64,000 nt of DNA from the human T2T-CHM13v2.0 reference genome, Homo sapiens: NCBI RefSeq assembly GCF_009914755.1, contig NC_060937.1; one strand, given 5' to 3'. The position numbers were made by a program, and so were the translations under genes. Shown piece after piece: positions 38,450-54,400 of the stretch (positions are counted from its first letter, which is position 1; each line of letters opens with the position of its first letter). Below the pieces are notes generated by a model that saw only the letters and a list, made by a program, of their open reading frames with translations, was not told where the DNA came from and did no database searches.

Positions 38450-40330
38450 CTTAAAACTTCTCACCACCACCATGCCTTCTCCTTCCTACCCTGCGGAACA
38501 TCTTGAGTTCACTACTCTATCTCCATTTTCTCACCTCCATGCTCAGCCTTCTAAGAGTCATAAACTCCCAGCCTCCTAAACTACCTCACCAAGGTTTCCA
38601 GCAACCTTGCTGTCGCTAAATCAAATTAATAATTTCCAATTTTTATCCTGTTTCACTGACAGCCTTTAACACCAGTGACTGTTGACCTGAAACACCCCTT
38701 TCTCTTGCTTTCCAGAGCGCCATCCTATCCTTGTTCATCCTTCTTTCTGGTCATTCCTTCTCAGTTGTTTCTGTCTATCCCTTCAATGTCTTGTGTTACT
38801 CAGGCATCTTTTCTAGTCCTCCTTCTCACCCTGTATTGTCCCTGGGTGATCTTATGGCTTGATGCTGAATGTACCCAGAACTCTTTCTCCAGCCTAGAAC
38901 TCTGCTGGCCTCTGGATTCATAGATTCAAAGGGCATCTCCACTTGACTGATTGACAGACACATCACACTCAACACCTTGTCATTTCTGACCGTAACCCCT
39001 GATTTGTTCTTCCAATGTCCCCCTCTCAGGGAAAACATTGGCATATATGAGTTCTTATCCCAGGAGTCTGTGAGTCAGCTCTCACCCTTTCTTTCCTTCT
39101 TTCCCCACTCCCTGCAATCAACTGAATCACCCAGTCCTGTCCATTTTATTTCCTAAATCTCTCTTCCATCAATACTTCTCTCTACCTCCAGTAATCTCAG
39201 CCAGGTCACTGTCATATCCTATATGAGCTCCTGCCACAGCCTCCTGTTCCCCCTACTTTTTGGTCTTAAACTCCACTCCATGCTGTTGTCCACACTGTAG
39301 TCAAAGGGACCTTTCTAAAAGCAGATCTGGTCCTGTCTCCCCTCTGCTCAGAGGCCCTCAGTGGCTTCTCATTGTCTTTTCTCCAAGAGTGTGAACCTTT
39401 TTCTACTTTTGACATCTAAGACAAAGAGATGATCATTTAGATTTTAACAAGAGTCAAGTTGATCTGGGATGAGTCCTCAATTTAATCTTCTCTAGTTTGC
39501 CTGATTACCAGCCTCCCTGGGTGTTGCTGAGGCCACTGCTTTGGGCCCGAAAGCCCAAGAAAAGTTTTGTCTTCTACCCACTTACCAGGCCCAGTTTGCC
39601 GCTGAAAGCTGCCATGGCTGTCTTGCTACTCCCCTAGCAAGGATTTTTCTCTCTAGAAATTCATTCATCTAGGCTTCGTGTCATTCACCTCTCTTCAATT
39701 TCATAATTACATATGATTTTCCTGTTATTTGAATATTTTTATTTGAGTGTTACCATGGCATGAAAGTCTTTTGCATCTTCTGATATCCTAACTGGCAGTA
39801 GAACTTCTCCCATTGCCTTTAGGATCAAGTCTGCACTCCAAGGCTTATAAGACCTCTCATGATCTTGGCAGATGCTGTTTTACCTTTCTAGCCTCATCCA
39901 TCTACACCCTTATCTTAAAGAACTCTTGCTGAACTTGTTTCAGTTTCTCTGAAGCACTATTTTTTTCCTCTCCTCCCAAGATACGACATTCGCTGGTCTC
40001 TGCATACCATTGTTTCCCCAACTTTCTGCCTGTCTAGTTCCTCCTTGTTCTTTTGGACTCACCATAGCTATCACCATTTACTCTTGAATGCCTTTAGCCC
40101 AATCTAGCCTCTCAAATCTGGGTTTAATGCATTTCTAATGTACTTTCATAGCATATTATGCAAACCATTATCATTTAATTGCCTATTTACTTTTCTATTT
40201 TCCACTTAAATTATGCATTATTTGAAGGCAACACCTGTGTGTTTCATTTCTCGTTATTTCCTCGCTTCTTAGCATAGGGACTCATGTTTTTCAAGGTACA
40301 GTGAATAAATGAATAAACAAATCCATGAAC
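38450..40330 (+). mobile_element. L2 LINE remnants (boundaries approximate)
   Basis: Pyrimidine-rich L2-like segments (CTTTCTAAAAGCAGATCTGGTC...CTCTGCTCAGAGGCCCTCAGTGGCTTCTCATTG) ending GTGAATAAATGAATAAAC. Confidence 0.55.
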
Positions 40331-41009
40331 ACAAGGCACTGATCTTTATATAGCTAACATTGACCAATGTGATGTTCTGTCTTTAATAGCGCTTTTACAA
40401 AGATGCAGGAACATTCGTCATGAGATTGTCTCTTACATCAACCTTTGATAAAAGCTGTAAGACATAATGTTGAATAGTTTCTCTAGTATTACAGCAGAAT
40501 TTTCTGATGCTCTAGCTTGAGAACCAATATGCCTTTTAACAGCAAGTCAGAATCAGTGGCTTGTAAAACCAATTCATGGACCATGACTAGCATTTTAAAT
40601 TAATGAACTATTGAGTGGAATAGAATAAAATGGAAAATATCAGAGTGCATTCCATGTCATAAGGGTAAGTATTGTTTGTGACATTTTTGTTTCAGCTTTA
40701 TACATACCCATGCACACTCACACATGAAACATATAAATGGTTGCAATGTGAAATTAATTTCTTGTTTTCTGATGGCGGGTCACAGTCCAGTAAGTTTTTG
40801 AAAACCACTACCTTAAACCATCCATCTTAGGTAAGGATGTTTTGACAGAGCCGAGTCAGACATGTAGGTTCCTGTGGTTTCTGTGTAGGTATTTTGCGTT
40901 GTTTGGAGCATGAGACCTTTGTACTATTTGAATCCAAGTGTCTGTTTTTCACTTTGTTGCTTACTCCATGAAAGTTTTGGTACTTGGAGAAAATAAATTG
41001 AATGACCAT

Positions 41010-41257
41010 TTTTTTTTATTATTTCAACAGGCTTTTGAGGGGCAGGAGGTGTTTGGTTATATGAATGAGTTCTTTAGTGGTGATTTCTGATATTTTGGTG
41101 CACCTGTCACCCAAGTAGTGTACGCTGTGTCCAGTGTGTAGTCTTTTATCCCTCATCCCCACCCCTCTTCCGAGTTCCCAAAGTTCATTGTATCATTCTT
41201 ATGCCTTTGCATCCTCATAACTTAGCTCCTACTTATAGGTGAGAACATGTGATGTTT
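41010..41257 (-). mobile_element. L1PB1-like 3' end, 5' truncated
   Basis: GTTCTTTAGTGGTGATTTCTGATATTTTGGTGCACC...GGTGAGAACATGTGATG, flanked by TGACCATTT repeats. Confidence 0.7.
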
Positions 41258-42785
41258 TGACCATTTCTTTTTGAAAATACTTATTTACATATGTGCATTT
41301 AGGTAGGAAGCTGTGCTTAGGCTATCTATCATCAGCCTTTTTGGCAGCCTTGGGAGCAAATGACTACACCAGAATAAGATGTTGGGCAATGTCCTCGGAA
41401 GAGGCCGCAGGCAGTGTTACCCAGAGAGACTGCCATGACCTATTTATTGGCTGAAGGCCAGGAAGGGCAGGCATGTTTCTCATGCATGTTCCCTTCCTAC
41501 ATCGTCTTGATCTGCACTGTGTTCTTGGGCAAGTCCCAGACTCCCATTTCAGTTTTTCTTATTTTAAACATTTGTATATTGTATATTGAAGGAAATAAAA
41601 TAATCCTGTAGCCTTTCAACATCTTTTTAATGTTTAATAGTTGGTGGCCAGAGCAGACAAGTGTTCTTTCCCACGATGATATGACTGGTAGTTTTCCATT
41701 TTGGGGAGCAACCTTATTTGGAAAGAACTCATCAGCATGCTAATAAACAAGTGTTATTAACGGCTCATATTCACTTAGTTTATGCAAATAATTAATGTAA
41801 GACTGTGTGAGTAGGCAAAAGTATAAAATAATTACATATTAAAATTTCATGCTCACGTTTCATCTTCCTATAAAGTTAGTTTTTCAGAGAGCGGATCAAA
41901 AAAATGAAAGTCTTTCTCATTTTTTCTCATTTTACTAGATGCTGACAAAAGAAAAAAAGCATTTTTACTATTTACTGTCAACACATCTTCTCATGTGTGC
42001 TCTTTTCCCGGAGTCAGTAGCTTGAGCCCAACGTGGCCGATTGGGTGTAGGAGTTCCACTCAGCCACAAAAAATGTGGCCAGGGAGGTTTCACTGTGGAC
42101 AGCAGGCTTTCTAAGAGAAAGGCAATTTATGGTGGGTTTTCAGACTTGCAGTTTTCCTTTCTCTGTAGTTGACAGGAACTTTCTTTTTATACCTTCCTAT
42201 TTTGTTACAACATCTTAAGTAAAGAAATTCTCTTGTCTAGTCAAGGGCAGGGAGGGAGTTCTGCACTGTTGCAGGGGACGGAGGAGGGGGTTGGCCACTA
42301 GCATTAGGTAAAACTGCTGAATTGAGCCCAGCATGTGGAATCAGTATTTTTGATTCAGGGATTCAAGCTCTTTGTCCTTTTTTCCTTCCTCCTAGACTGA
42401 TTCATAGAATGTTCCCTCCCCCAGGAAGAAGGTCTTTGTAAAGGCGACTTTGTTCTCACTTGTTTGATGCATCAAACTTCCATTGAGTGCTGTGGGCAAG
42501 GCCCTATATGTGGCAGTGGGACTATATGGATGAATTTTAAATAGTTTTGCCTTAAAGAAAGTCTTTGATGATTGAGACTGAACTTATGAACCATATTGTT
42601 TCCTTCGGCCCTTTCAGTTATTGAGCTTTTTATGGTATGAAAAGATTCATTTCTACCTTAGGATCAGAATGAAAACAAGAAACCAATCTGTATTTTAAAA
42701 CGAAGAGAAATTATTTTGGGAACTTGGTACAAAAGTGTTGGAAAGGGCCAGAAGACTAAAAGAGAACAGGTAGGGTTTTACCTAG

Positions 42786-43100
<315 letters not shown>

Positions 43101-43882
43101 TGAGGGACAGATTCTTCTCACTTAAGGATTTGACTTCTTTCTCTTCACATATTCGGGAAACAGACTAAGAACTGTGTTGACAGGCTCCAGGGGAATGTCC
43201 TTAACCAGGACTGTTACCCTGTTTGATGTACACACTGTCTCATGTACGTCATGAAGATGGGAGGCAAAAACGTCTCGAAAACCAAGTGGCGTTTGACCAG
43301 GATCCTCGCCATGTAGGACCAGGGAAAAGCTGTTTTTTGGTTTATCTTTTTAGTTAAAAGGATTGGTAGCATTTAAAAATTATTGGATACTGCCTAGAAA
43401 TATATAGGACTGGCCTAATATTGTCCTACTGGCCACTGAGTCTATGTAATTCTACACCATCCTCAGTTTTTACGCTATCTGTCTTTTCACTGAGCTTTTT
43501 CTCCTTCACTTGCCATTAAAATGAATGGCTAAAATCTATTAAGTTGCAAATGGGTATCTCAATAAGCATATATTCTGAGGGTTATGGAAAAGAAGAGATG
43601 AGCTTATGTTTATCAGGGACGGGTAGTGCTTTTAGCCTCCCCATATTGCAGTTTGGGGGTTGGAGAAGGAAATCCTCCTGCATTATGTTTAGTATCTTTT
43701 AAGAACCAAGTCAGTGAATTTTCTTTTAAGAATAATAGCAGTTGTTCACAAACTAAAAATAACCATAGATCCATACCCATCTAATATCCTCCTCAAGAAA
43801 TTTAAAGTTTTTGAAACTTGAAGTGTGTATGCATAAGTATTTTAGATGCCTTCTCTTATATTGAAAATACTTTTTTTATGCC

Positions 43883-44175
43883 TTATTTATTTATTTTTAT
43901 TTATTTATTTATTTTGAGATAGGGTCTTGCTCACTGCAACGTGGCTCACTGCAGACTTGATCTCGTGGGTTCAAATGATCCTCTTGCCTTAGTCTCCCAA
44001 GTATCTGGGACTACAGGCGCACACCGCCATGCCTGGCTAATTTTTAAAGTTTTTTATAGAGATGGGGGTCTTACTATGTTGCCCAGACTGGTTTCAAACT
44101 GCTGGACTCAAGCGATCCTCCCACCTCGACTTCCCAAAGTGCCAGGATTACAGATGTGAGCCACTGCACCTGGCC
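43883..44175 (-). mobile_element. AluJ
   Basis: (TTTA)n tail, GAGATAGGGTCTTGCTC...CTCAAGCGATCCTCCCACCTCG...GAGCCACTGCACCTGGCC. Confidence 0.85.
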
Positions 44176-45407
44176 CATGCTCTATTTATTTGGTAACCAG
44201 TAGCAAACATTATCATAGCAATATAGAAAACTTAGCATGACAGAAATAGTATACTATAGAAAACAACTCGAATAAGACTAAGAAAGTGTTTGCATCATCA
44301 GGAAAGGCAGAATCCATTTCTGTATCCTTGAGACAATAAGAGAGGATAAAAAGAGACCTTTAATATAAGGAAATGTATGAGAAACCTCCTTCCTGGTGTC
44401 AGTTAGAAGATACTTACTTGTCCTTTAGGACTTTGAGAGGTCTTACCCACTTTAAGCCTGTGTATTGTGTTAGGATGACTTAGGAAAGAAAGCGTTATTC
44501 TCTGCGGTTCCCTCTCTTGCTCTGTCTCATGGTGTTTCAGTCACGCAATAAAAGGGGTAATTAAAACTGTTAGTGTATAAGGGAAATAATTTATCAAGGT
44601 TAGTGTGACAGGTCTTAGATTTTTGTAGCAGCCCTTTTCATTTAGGGAAGAATAAATTAGCTAATAAAATGATAAGGAGAAAAGAAGGAAAATCATCTAT
44701 AGGCAAAAGTCCTTTGAAGATAATTTTTTTAAAAATAAGGTTGTTGTTTCCCCCACTTTAGAACCCTTGATTTCTCTAATTCACATACATTTTAAACTTT
44801 TCCAAAATCATAAAATATGTTTAAAACCTATCCTCCCCAACAGATAATGCTGTATCTTCCAATTCTTAAGCCTCTTTTAGAGAGTTTGGTAACGATTTGG
44901 ATAGTGCTTTCCATTTATAGTGTTTAAACACTGATCCAAACTGTGTTTGTTCATCTTCACAAAGAAATATGAGGCAAAGAGATAAAATTTAAGAATCCTG
45001 ATGAGCTAGAGACAGAGTGGGCATTTGGAAGCAGTCTCATATGCAAAATTGCCTGGGCCGTCACATTTCTTCTGTTTTTAGAGAAAGTTATTGTGAATTC
45101 GCAGATTTAGAAGGGGACTCCAGGGAAAATCTAGTATTTCCCTTTGTTGAAAGCACAGCACCTAGAGCATATGGTTTTCTGTTCTTCCAAAATTATGTGC
45201 CACTAATGGACATGGCAGTGTGCAATGATTGGTGGTTGCTCAACTCTGGAAATTTCCCGAAAAGTTTTAGACCACCGTTATGGTGGGTAAACTGTATGGG
45301 ATGGAAATCATTTTTCAATACAGTTATAGAAAGGCACTTGTCTAAGGAAATGTGATTTTAATCTCCATTTGCTGCCCTGTTTAGTGTGCTCCAGTATTTA
45401 CAGATGA

Positions 45408-45748
<341 letters not shown>

Positions 45749-46205
45749 TGTAGGTCTTTCTTAGGCAGTTTCAGCCCCTCTCTCTTCCTGTATGCAGATG
45801 CCTACCACACTCTGTGTCTGTTCCTCAAGTTCTTCACCACCCCTCATCCTGCCTGTTTGGGATTTCCTCTTGACATTTTGGGCACAGAGATATGATTATT
45901 AGAGGCTGCATAGAGTTCTTGGTATTAAAGATACCATTTTGGATGTATTTCACTTTTCTGGTTTTGTCTAATGCTTTTCCATTACCTCATTTGTCAAAAA
46001 TGACCAGTAAATTGTAATGTTTAATAAGCCAGCTCTTTTAATGCATGTATAGCCTCCCTGAGATGCAGCAAATCACTTCTAGAATCTGCATTAATAGAGT
46101 GGAAAATGTTATGGTTTATTTTTTTTCCTGTTAGATGCATTTCTATCTTCAACAGTTCATTTTTAAAGGTGAAAAACCAGCAAGGATTTGTTTCCATTGC
46201 TTTTA

Positions 46206-46752
46206 CAGTAGTCCTTCCTTAACCACAGGGGATACATTCCACAATCCCCCCAGTGGATGTTTGAAACCTTGGCTATACTGAACCCTACGTATACTATGTT
46301 TTTTCTTATATTTTACATACCTATGATCAAGTTTACTTTAGAAAGTAGGCAGAGTAAGAGATTAACAACAATAACTAATAATAAAATAGAGCAATTATAA
46401 CCATATGCCAGCATCACTACTCTTGCTTCAGGCTATTCTTAAGTAAAATAAGGGTTCCTTGAACACAAGCACTGTGATACTGCTGCAGTTGACTGGATAA
46501 TGAGGCGGCTTCTAGCGACTCAGGGGCAGGGAGTGTAGACAGCATGAAGATGCTGAACAAAGGGAGGATTCATGCCCAGTGCGGGATGGAGTGGGACACC
46601 CCAGATTTCATCCTGATACTCAGCAGGGCCCGCAACTTAAAACTTAGGAATTGTGTATTTCTGGAATTTTCCATTTAATATTTTCAGACTAAAATTGACT
46701 GTGGGACACTGACACTTCAGAAAGTGAAACCATGGATAAGGGGGAACTACTG
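46206..46752. mobile_element. Tigger-derived MITE (MER44B-like), TcMar DNA transposon
   Basis: TIRs CAGTAGTCCTTCCTTAACC / GGATAAGGGGGAACTACTG, with a TA duplication on both sides. Confidence 0.8.
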
Positions 46753-47519
46753 TATTTCTTTCTTCTGGGATCATTGTGGAATTATCTTCTAACGGAATTG
46801 AGAGGATGTTTCTCCTTGGTTTTCTTCCTTGCCAGTAAACTCTCAGAGGGCCTTGCAAAGAAACGTCGTATAATAAATGAATTCCTTCAACTAATATTCA
46901 AAACTTTCCCAACTCTGTTAGACTGTATTCCAGTGTGTATTTTTTGTCTGTCTCACTGTTTTTTCCTTTTAAAATTCCTTTTAGATTTTTAACTCCCTGA
47001 GCAGTTATAATTTCTTAAAAATAGCAATTGTGAAAGTTCTCCCCTTAGATTATTTTGAACTTTTCTTCGCAGATATTATTGTTGGAACACTCATCTGAGC
47101 AGTATATTTGTACTGGTGAAGCTAGGTTAGGCCAGGTGCTGCTGAGTGTGCCCAACCGGCGGTAAGATGGCTTGAGCAGAGGCAGCCGGTGTCCTGGCAG
47201 AGCACTGGCCCTGGGCTGAGCACCTCTCTCTGGTCTCTATTCCAGTGTTTGCTAGTCATGTTACTTCTGGGAGCTCTGGTTTTCTCAGCGGTAAATTGGA
47301 AGTGAACCATAATATTCTGTCCATTTTATAAGGCTGTTTCTAGGATTCAATAAGGCAAAATTTAACAAAGGTATTCTGTAAACCATTTAAGTGAGTTTAA
47401 GTATTCATATCAAAGATTTAGGCAGACTGTAATAAAAAAAGTAGCCTACAAAAGACTTGTTTTTAAAATGCATCACATCTAGTTTTAGTAGTCAAGACAA
47501 TTTTAGTATTGATGACCTA

Positions 47520-47953
<434 letters not shown>

Positions 47954-48576
47954 CTAACCCTATATGCTACTTCTTCAATCTTATTCTAACCTGTATCTAG
48001 TTCTGCTTAAGTTTTATTTTCTAACTTCTAAAAAATTTTGCAATGTAGATAATATAAAAACTTTTTAGGTCCTTTCACAAACTATTTCGGGTTACTTGCA
48101 ATTCTCATTTACACCTCTGGAACTAGACTAGATATTTGGTCAGGAAGAGAGCATGAGTTACATTATCCTCCTCCCGAGTGAGCTCCTTGTTTTCTTTCTT
48201 CGAATGACATCACCTAATTACACATTAGAGCAGTAGAGAGGCCAAGGGAAATCTGAGAAATCCTTGTCCCAGCCCCCCACAACAAACTTACGGCCAGTTT
48301 CCTTAGAAGTACCTGGAACATAACAGTTTTTCTGTCTTTGTGCAGAAGTGATAATAGTAACTTAAATGGCTTATCAAAGAAAGCTTTTTGTATTTATTAC
48401 TATTGTTTAGGAATCTCCCAGAGGCAAGACTATGGAACATAGAAGCAAAAAGCAGTGCATTTGGGGTATTAAGGTAATTGGAGACACAAAAGCAAAGCAC
48501 CTGGAGTTAGAAGAAAGATATCAGAAAATAGTTTCCTTTTTGCTTTTAGATTCCTATAGCCAATGTTAGGTAGTGA

Positions 48577-48837
<261 letters not shown>

Positions 48838-51445
48838 ATCAGGGTGACCTGTGCGCCTAGCCTGCGCAGGGAATGAACTGGAGACTGTGGCCTCATCCCA
48901 CTGTGCTGTGCTCACAACACTTGTGTCTGCCACATGGCATTGGGTGCTTCCTGACTTTAGGGGGAGATTTTATGTATGGTATTTTTTGACAGAGGAAGAA
49001 AAGGGGTCACAGGAGAAACATTTTTTTTTCTGGGAAAAATCACTTGCTTTTGACTTATGCAGTTGTTTTAACACTTAGTGATGACTGTGTATTCTCCAAG
49101 CTGTGATACAGCAGTTTTTTTTTATTGTCACAGGGAAATAAATGGTACCAGAAGTCCCTTTCCTGTTCTGTCTCTTCATTGTAATGGAAGTTTCAGTTGG
49201 GCATGAGCCTGGAGAGATGTGACTGTCTACAGTTCTATTTGTATATATAAAAAGAAGACTGAAAGTCTTTTGACATGGATATTGTGAATGGTATGAACTT
49301 TTAAACCATATTATTGATGATGAAAATTATTTCCTGGGAACTCAGTAGGAATAATACCGTATTAAGGAATAATACTGTACATAAAACATCATGAAACCCT
49401 AGATATGAAATCCCCTGAAGTCTGTAATCATGGTGGTTATGTTTTGTCTATTCTTTTGCTGTTTGTGCCTCATAAAAAGAGAATGAGGTCTTCTGCTAGA
49501 GCTTCGTATTGCTTTGGAAGTTCATCTGTGTTTTATTTCTCCCTGAAGCCCTATCTTTATGGCTTACTTGTAACATGAAAGTAGTAGATGCTGCCAGAAA
49601 ATAGTGTCCTCAATATTTTAAAACAATGTTGACATGTTTTGTTCAAGTCAGCAAGCTCTATGTGAGTCTCAGGAAGTGAATTAAATTTGGACCTTATGTT
49701 TTACTCTTGTTTTTTTTTTTTTTTTAAATGTTACTTAATGACTCTCTCCTGACTCAGGAGAGAAACCCCTTGTGGAAGGACAGCATGGTGATCAGGCAAT
49801 TTCTCTGGGTTCCCAAAGAATGACATTTGAACACAGTATTTTGAAACAGCTCTAGTTTTCAAATTATATCTTTAATATATAGTAATGTAACATATTCAGT
49901 ATTAATGTATAAAAAGCACTCTAATTATATAATTCAGTTTTTGTAAAGGTATTTGCATAAAATTTAATATGTCTTAAACTAATTTTGGTAAATTACTTCT
50001 TTTTTTTCTTTTTAATAAAAACTGTTACTCATTAACTTTGCTTATAATGCTTTTTATAGCCCAGCACAGAATTTAAAGCCATACCACCAAAAGTACCTGT
50101 GTGTGTTAATATGTTTTTCTTGTAGCATAGATTGACTATTTGCAATAGTATTAGTATTTACCATTTTTCCAAATTAGCAACTACCAGACCTCACGTGTTG
50201 CAGTGATAACACAATGCATTGGATTCAGTTTTGTGAAAATGGATTCTGTGGCCATCCAAGGGATGTATCAGGGATGATCAGCTGATGAGAGGCTCCAGAA
50301 GGATTTCTAGATCGCTTCAAGCCTATACTGATGGCCTTAGCTTTGTTCAGTCATTGTAACTGGGATTGTTGTCATTGCTACCGTGGTAGTCACCTTCATG
50401 TCATCTATAATAGTACTCCTGGAGAGCCCTGGCTGCCTACACCAGTGGAAAAGAGTCTCCAGTTCTGCTCTGGCCTACTAACTGTTACCACTGAGAGAAC
50501 AACATGTTCATTTGACATGATTGAAGCTGGCATCCGTATATGAAGATCCTTGTCAAGCTTTCTTCTGTGGTCTGATTAGTGCCTTCTACTGATACCGGGG
50601 CACCTCCTCTGGTACTTTTAAGTGTTTTGTTAATTATATTTACTTTTTGGAATGGTGTAAGCCTAACCACAAGTAAAAGATCTTTGCCTAAGTTTTTGAT
50701 TTCTCAAATATTGTGTTCATTAGTCTAGACTGGGAATGGGGAGGGGAAATGGGGAAAATGAATGAATGAAATCAGAAAAAAGTCAGCGGCTCAGTAAATA
50801 CAGTTTAAAGAGAGAATAATTACTTCAGAGCTACCCTTTTAAGAGAAAACCATCAGAAATTGATAATGTTTATATAAAGTTTATAAAGCCATTGTGTTTT
50901 GTTATATAACAAATCAGAGATGTTATTTTAGAATCGATTCCCATCTAAAGAACTCAATTTTGAGTCTGACATTTCCAGGACCAGATATTGTCTTACTCAC
51001 ATTTCCTTTGCTTTGAAATAGGGCTTTCCTTCCAAATGGCTATTTTTAGGCTAGGGATGTTAACATCAGGGATTTGTGTGTGGAATAACTGGAATGTCAT
51101 TTTTGCTTTTAAGCCATTTCTGATGATATAGCCAAAGCAGGTTGTCTGACTATGTAGGATTTTTACATCTTGAAACTAAATCAGAAATCCAGACATGAAA
51201 ATAACCTTTCTAGAATGCCTAGGAGCAGAAAACAATAATAGCATGCTAAATCACAAATGATGCTATGTATGGGTATGTAAATATCAGTGCTGTCTGCATT
51301 TCTGGGTTTATTGAAGACCTCTTGTTGTATATATCCTCAAAAATTAATGTAATTGACATCTTCAAGAATGTTTCTATTGTCTTCCATTCATAATCAGAGA
51401 TGTAATTTGTATGGACTAAATAAAAACTTTATTATGTAATGAAAA
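48838..51445 (+). other. B3GLCT: B3GLCT 3' UTR (~2.6 kb; 3' end approximate)
   Basis: AT-rich, repeat-poor sequence after the stop codon. AATAAA at 49137, 50014 and 51419; old L1 sequence begins just after the last one. Confidence 0.75.
51419..51424 (+). terminator. Distal polyadenylation signal of B3GLCT
   Basis: AATAAA preceded by several TGTA (CFIm-type) motifs, at the edge of the unique sequence. Confidence 0.7.
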
Positions 51446-54400
51446 GTTGAACACTTTCTTACAAAGAAAACTCTAGGCCCAGATGGTTTCATCGGTGATA
51501 TTCTCCAGGCATCCAAAGATGAAATACTATGTTTATGGGACATAAACTCTTTCAGAGCATAATGAAAAAGGAAACATTTCCCAGCTGAATTTATGAGACC
51601 CAAGTTTCTCTGACACCAAAACTTGACAAAAGAAAATCACAGACTAACAACTTTCATGAGCATAAAAGACAGTGATCCTAAACAAAATGATCAGCAATAT
51701 GTAAAAAGAGGATACATAAAAAGGATAGTAACTCATGACCAAATGGGTTTATTCCAGGGATGCAAGGCTACTGTAACATTCAAAAATCAAGTAATTCACC
51801 ACATTAATAGAATAAAGGAGAAAAATTGTATAACCATTTTAATAGCTGCGCAAAAAAGGAGGAAAAAAAGCATTTGACAGAATTCAGCAGCCAACCTTGT
51901 AATTCTCAAACTAGGTAAATTCGTCAATATAATAAAGAGTATCTACAGAAAAAAGTATCATAAATACCTAATGCTTTCATATTGAATTATTTCTCCCCCT
52001 AAATTTGGAGGAAAGACTAGAATGTTTACCATCACTACTTCTATTCAACATCGTTTAGGAGATCCCAGTCAGGGGAAAGAAAAGAAAATTATATAAAGAG
52101 TAAATAGAAGTAAAAAGATATTTACAGATGACTTGATTGCATACAAACAGAATCCAAAGTATTTTATAATGAATTTAGTAAGATCACTAGATACAGGACT
52201 GATATAAAAAATAATTGTATTTCTACATACTGGCAACAAACAATTTGAAAATAAAATTAGGGAAACAATGTTATTTACAATGGTTTACAAATATTAAATA
52301 CTAAGGAAATCGATCTTAAATGTTACCACCACTGCCAAAAAAAAAAAAAAAAAAAAAAAAAAGCAGGAATGGATGGATATGCTAATTGGCTTGATTGTGG
52401 CAATCATTTTACAATGTATACATATATACAATCATGTACACTAAGTATATACACTTTTTATGTGTCAAGTATACCTCAGTAAAGCCGGAAAGCATTAGCA
52501 AGCATCTAGAAATATCTAGAAATAAATAGTTGCAAGATCTCTGCACTGAAAACCAGAAAATCTTGAGAGATATTAAAAAGGAACTAAGGTTTATCATTTT
52601 ATGTACTGAAATGTTCAATATTGTTATGACTACAATTATCTCAAATTGATCTACAGATTTATTTCCAGTAAAAATCTGAGACTTTGTGTGTAAAAATTGA
52701 CAAATTGGTTCAAAATATAGAAGGAAATGCAAAGGACCGAGAATAGCCAAGCCAATTATGATGACAAAATTCGAAGATTTACAAGAACAGATTTCAAGAC
52801 CTACCAAAAAACTACTCAAGTGTTTTACTGGCATGACGATTGAAGTTAGGTAAATTGAGCAGAATCCATATATAATATGATTACTTAATGTAAGACAAAG
52901 GTGATACATGCAGTTCATGAGGGAAATGATCTTTTCAATAAATGTAGAGAAATTAGATATATGGAACAATATGAAGCAACTACTAACTCGGATTACAGAC
53001 ATTATATTCAAAGATTAAGCTATAAAGCATCTAAGAACAGTACTTTTCAACTGGGGGCCTTTTAGCCCTGGGAGACATTTGGCAAGATTTTTGAATGTCA
53101 CAACTGGAAGGGGGTGCTACTGGCATCTCATGGGTAGGCCAGAGATGCTGTTAAACACCCTACAATGCACAGGAGAAGAATTAACAAGGAATTATCTAGC
53201 CTCAAATTTTAGTATTGTCAAGGTTGAGAAACACTAGTCTAGAGGAAAACCAGACTAAAATATCTTCATGATCTTAGGTAAGCAATGAATTATTAAACAG
53301 GTAATAAAAAGCCACTATCTAGGGCTAGTGTGGTGGCTCACGTCTGCAGTCTCAACATTTTGGAAGGCTGAGGCAGGAGAATTTCTTGAGGCTAGGAGTT
53401 CGAGACCAGCTTAGGCAATGTAATGAGACCCTGACTCTACAAAACAACAACAACAAAACGCTATCTACAAAATTAAAAAGTGGATACATTTGATTTTATT
53501 TTAAATAAAACATTTTTTTTCTATCAAAGGAAAAGGCAAGTTACAGACTGGAGAAGATATGTATGATATATCTGACAAAGACTCTGTGGCAGACAACTCT
53601 AAAATAGTCCCCATGACCCCTGACTCCTGGTATTCATACCCTTGTGTAATCCTCTCCCCTTGAGTTTTCATGGGACCTATGTGACTTGATTTTAACTAAT
53701 TGGATATGGGATGTATGTGATTATGTGTATGTGAATCTGTTCCATAAGCCTGTAATATTCATCTCATGAGGAGATACTCTTCCTTGTTGGCTTTGAGGAA
53801 ACAAGCAGTCATGTTGGGAAAGCCTACATGGTGAGAAACTAAGGGTAACCTGTAGGCAACAGGCAGCAAGAAGCAGACTGGAAAGCGGTATACCACAAGG
53901 GACTGAACACTGCCACCACATGAGTTTGGAAGAAGATCCTTCCTCATTTAAGCAAAAGATGAGACCACAGCCCTGGCCAACATATCTATTGCAGCTGTGT
54001 GAGAGATCCTAAAGCAGAGGACCAAGCTAAGCCATGCTGAGACTCTTGACCCACAGAAACTGTCAAATAACAAATGTATGTTTGTTTATACCCCTAAGTT
54101 TGCAGTAATATTGCTATGCAGCAGTAGATAATACAGGTTCATAGCCAATACAACTCCTACAAATCCGAGGACACAACGCAGTCAAAAATGTCCAAAACAC
54201 TTGAACAGGCACCTCACAAGAGAGGAAATACAAATGGCCAATACATGTATTTTGAGTGTTCAACATCATTAATGAGATCACAAACCCACTGTGAGACATG
54301 CTATGCGGTTACAACAATGGCAAAACTAAAGAGACTTGATACTTTTGAGTGTTGACAAAAATGTGAAGCATGTATTGAATTCTTATAAAGTATTGCTTAA

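Noticed and set aside
38055-38579. 174-aa ORF on the + strand
   Set aside because: Non-ATG start, no recognisable domain, overlaps L2-like decayed repeat in an intron.
52409-53011. 200-aa hydrophobic ORF on the minus strand
   Set aside because: Antisense reading of A-rich old L1 sequence; a composition artefact.
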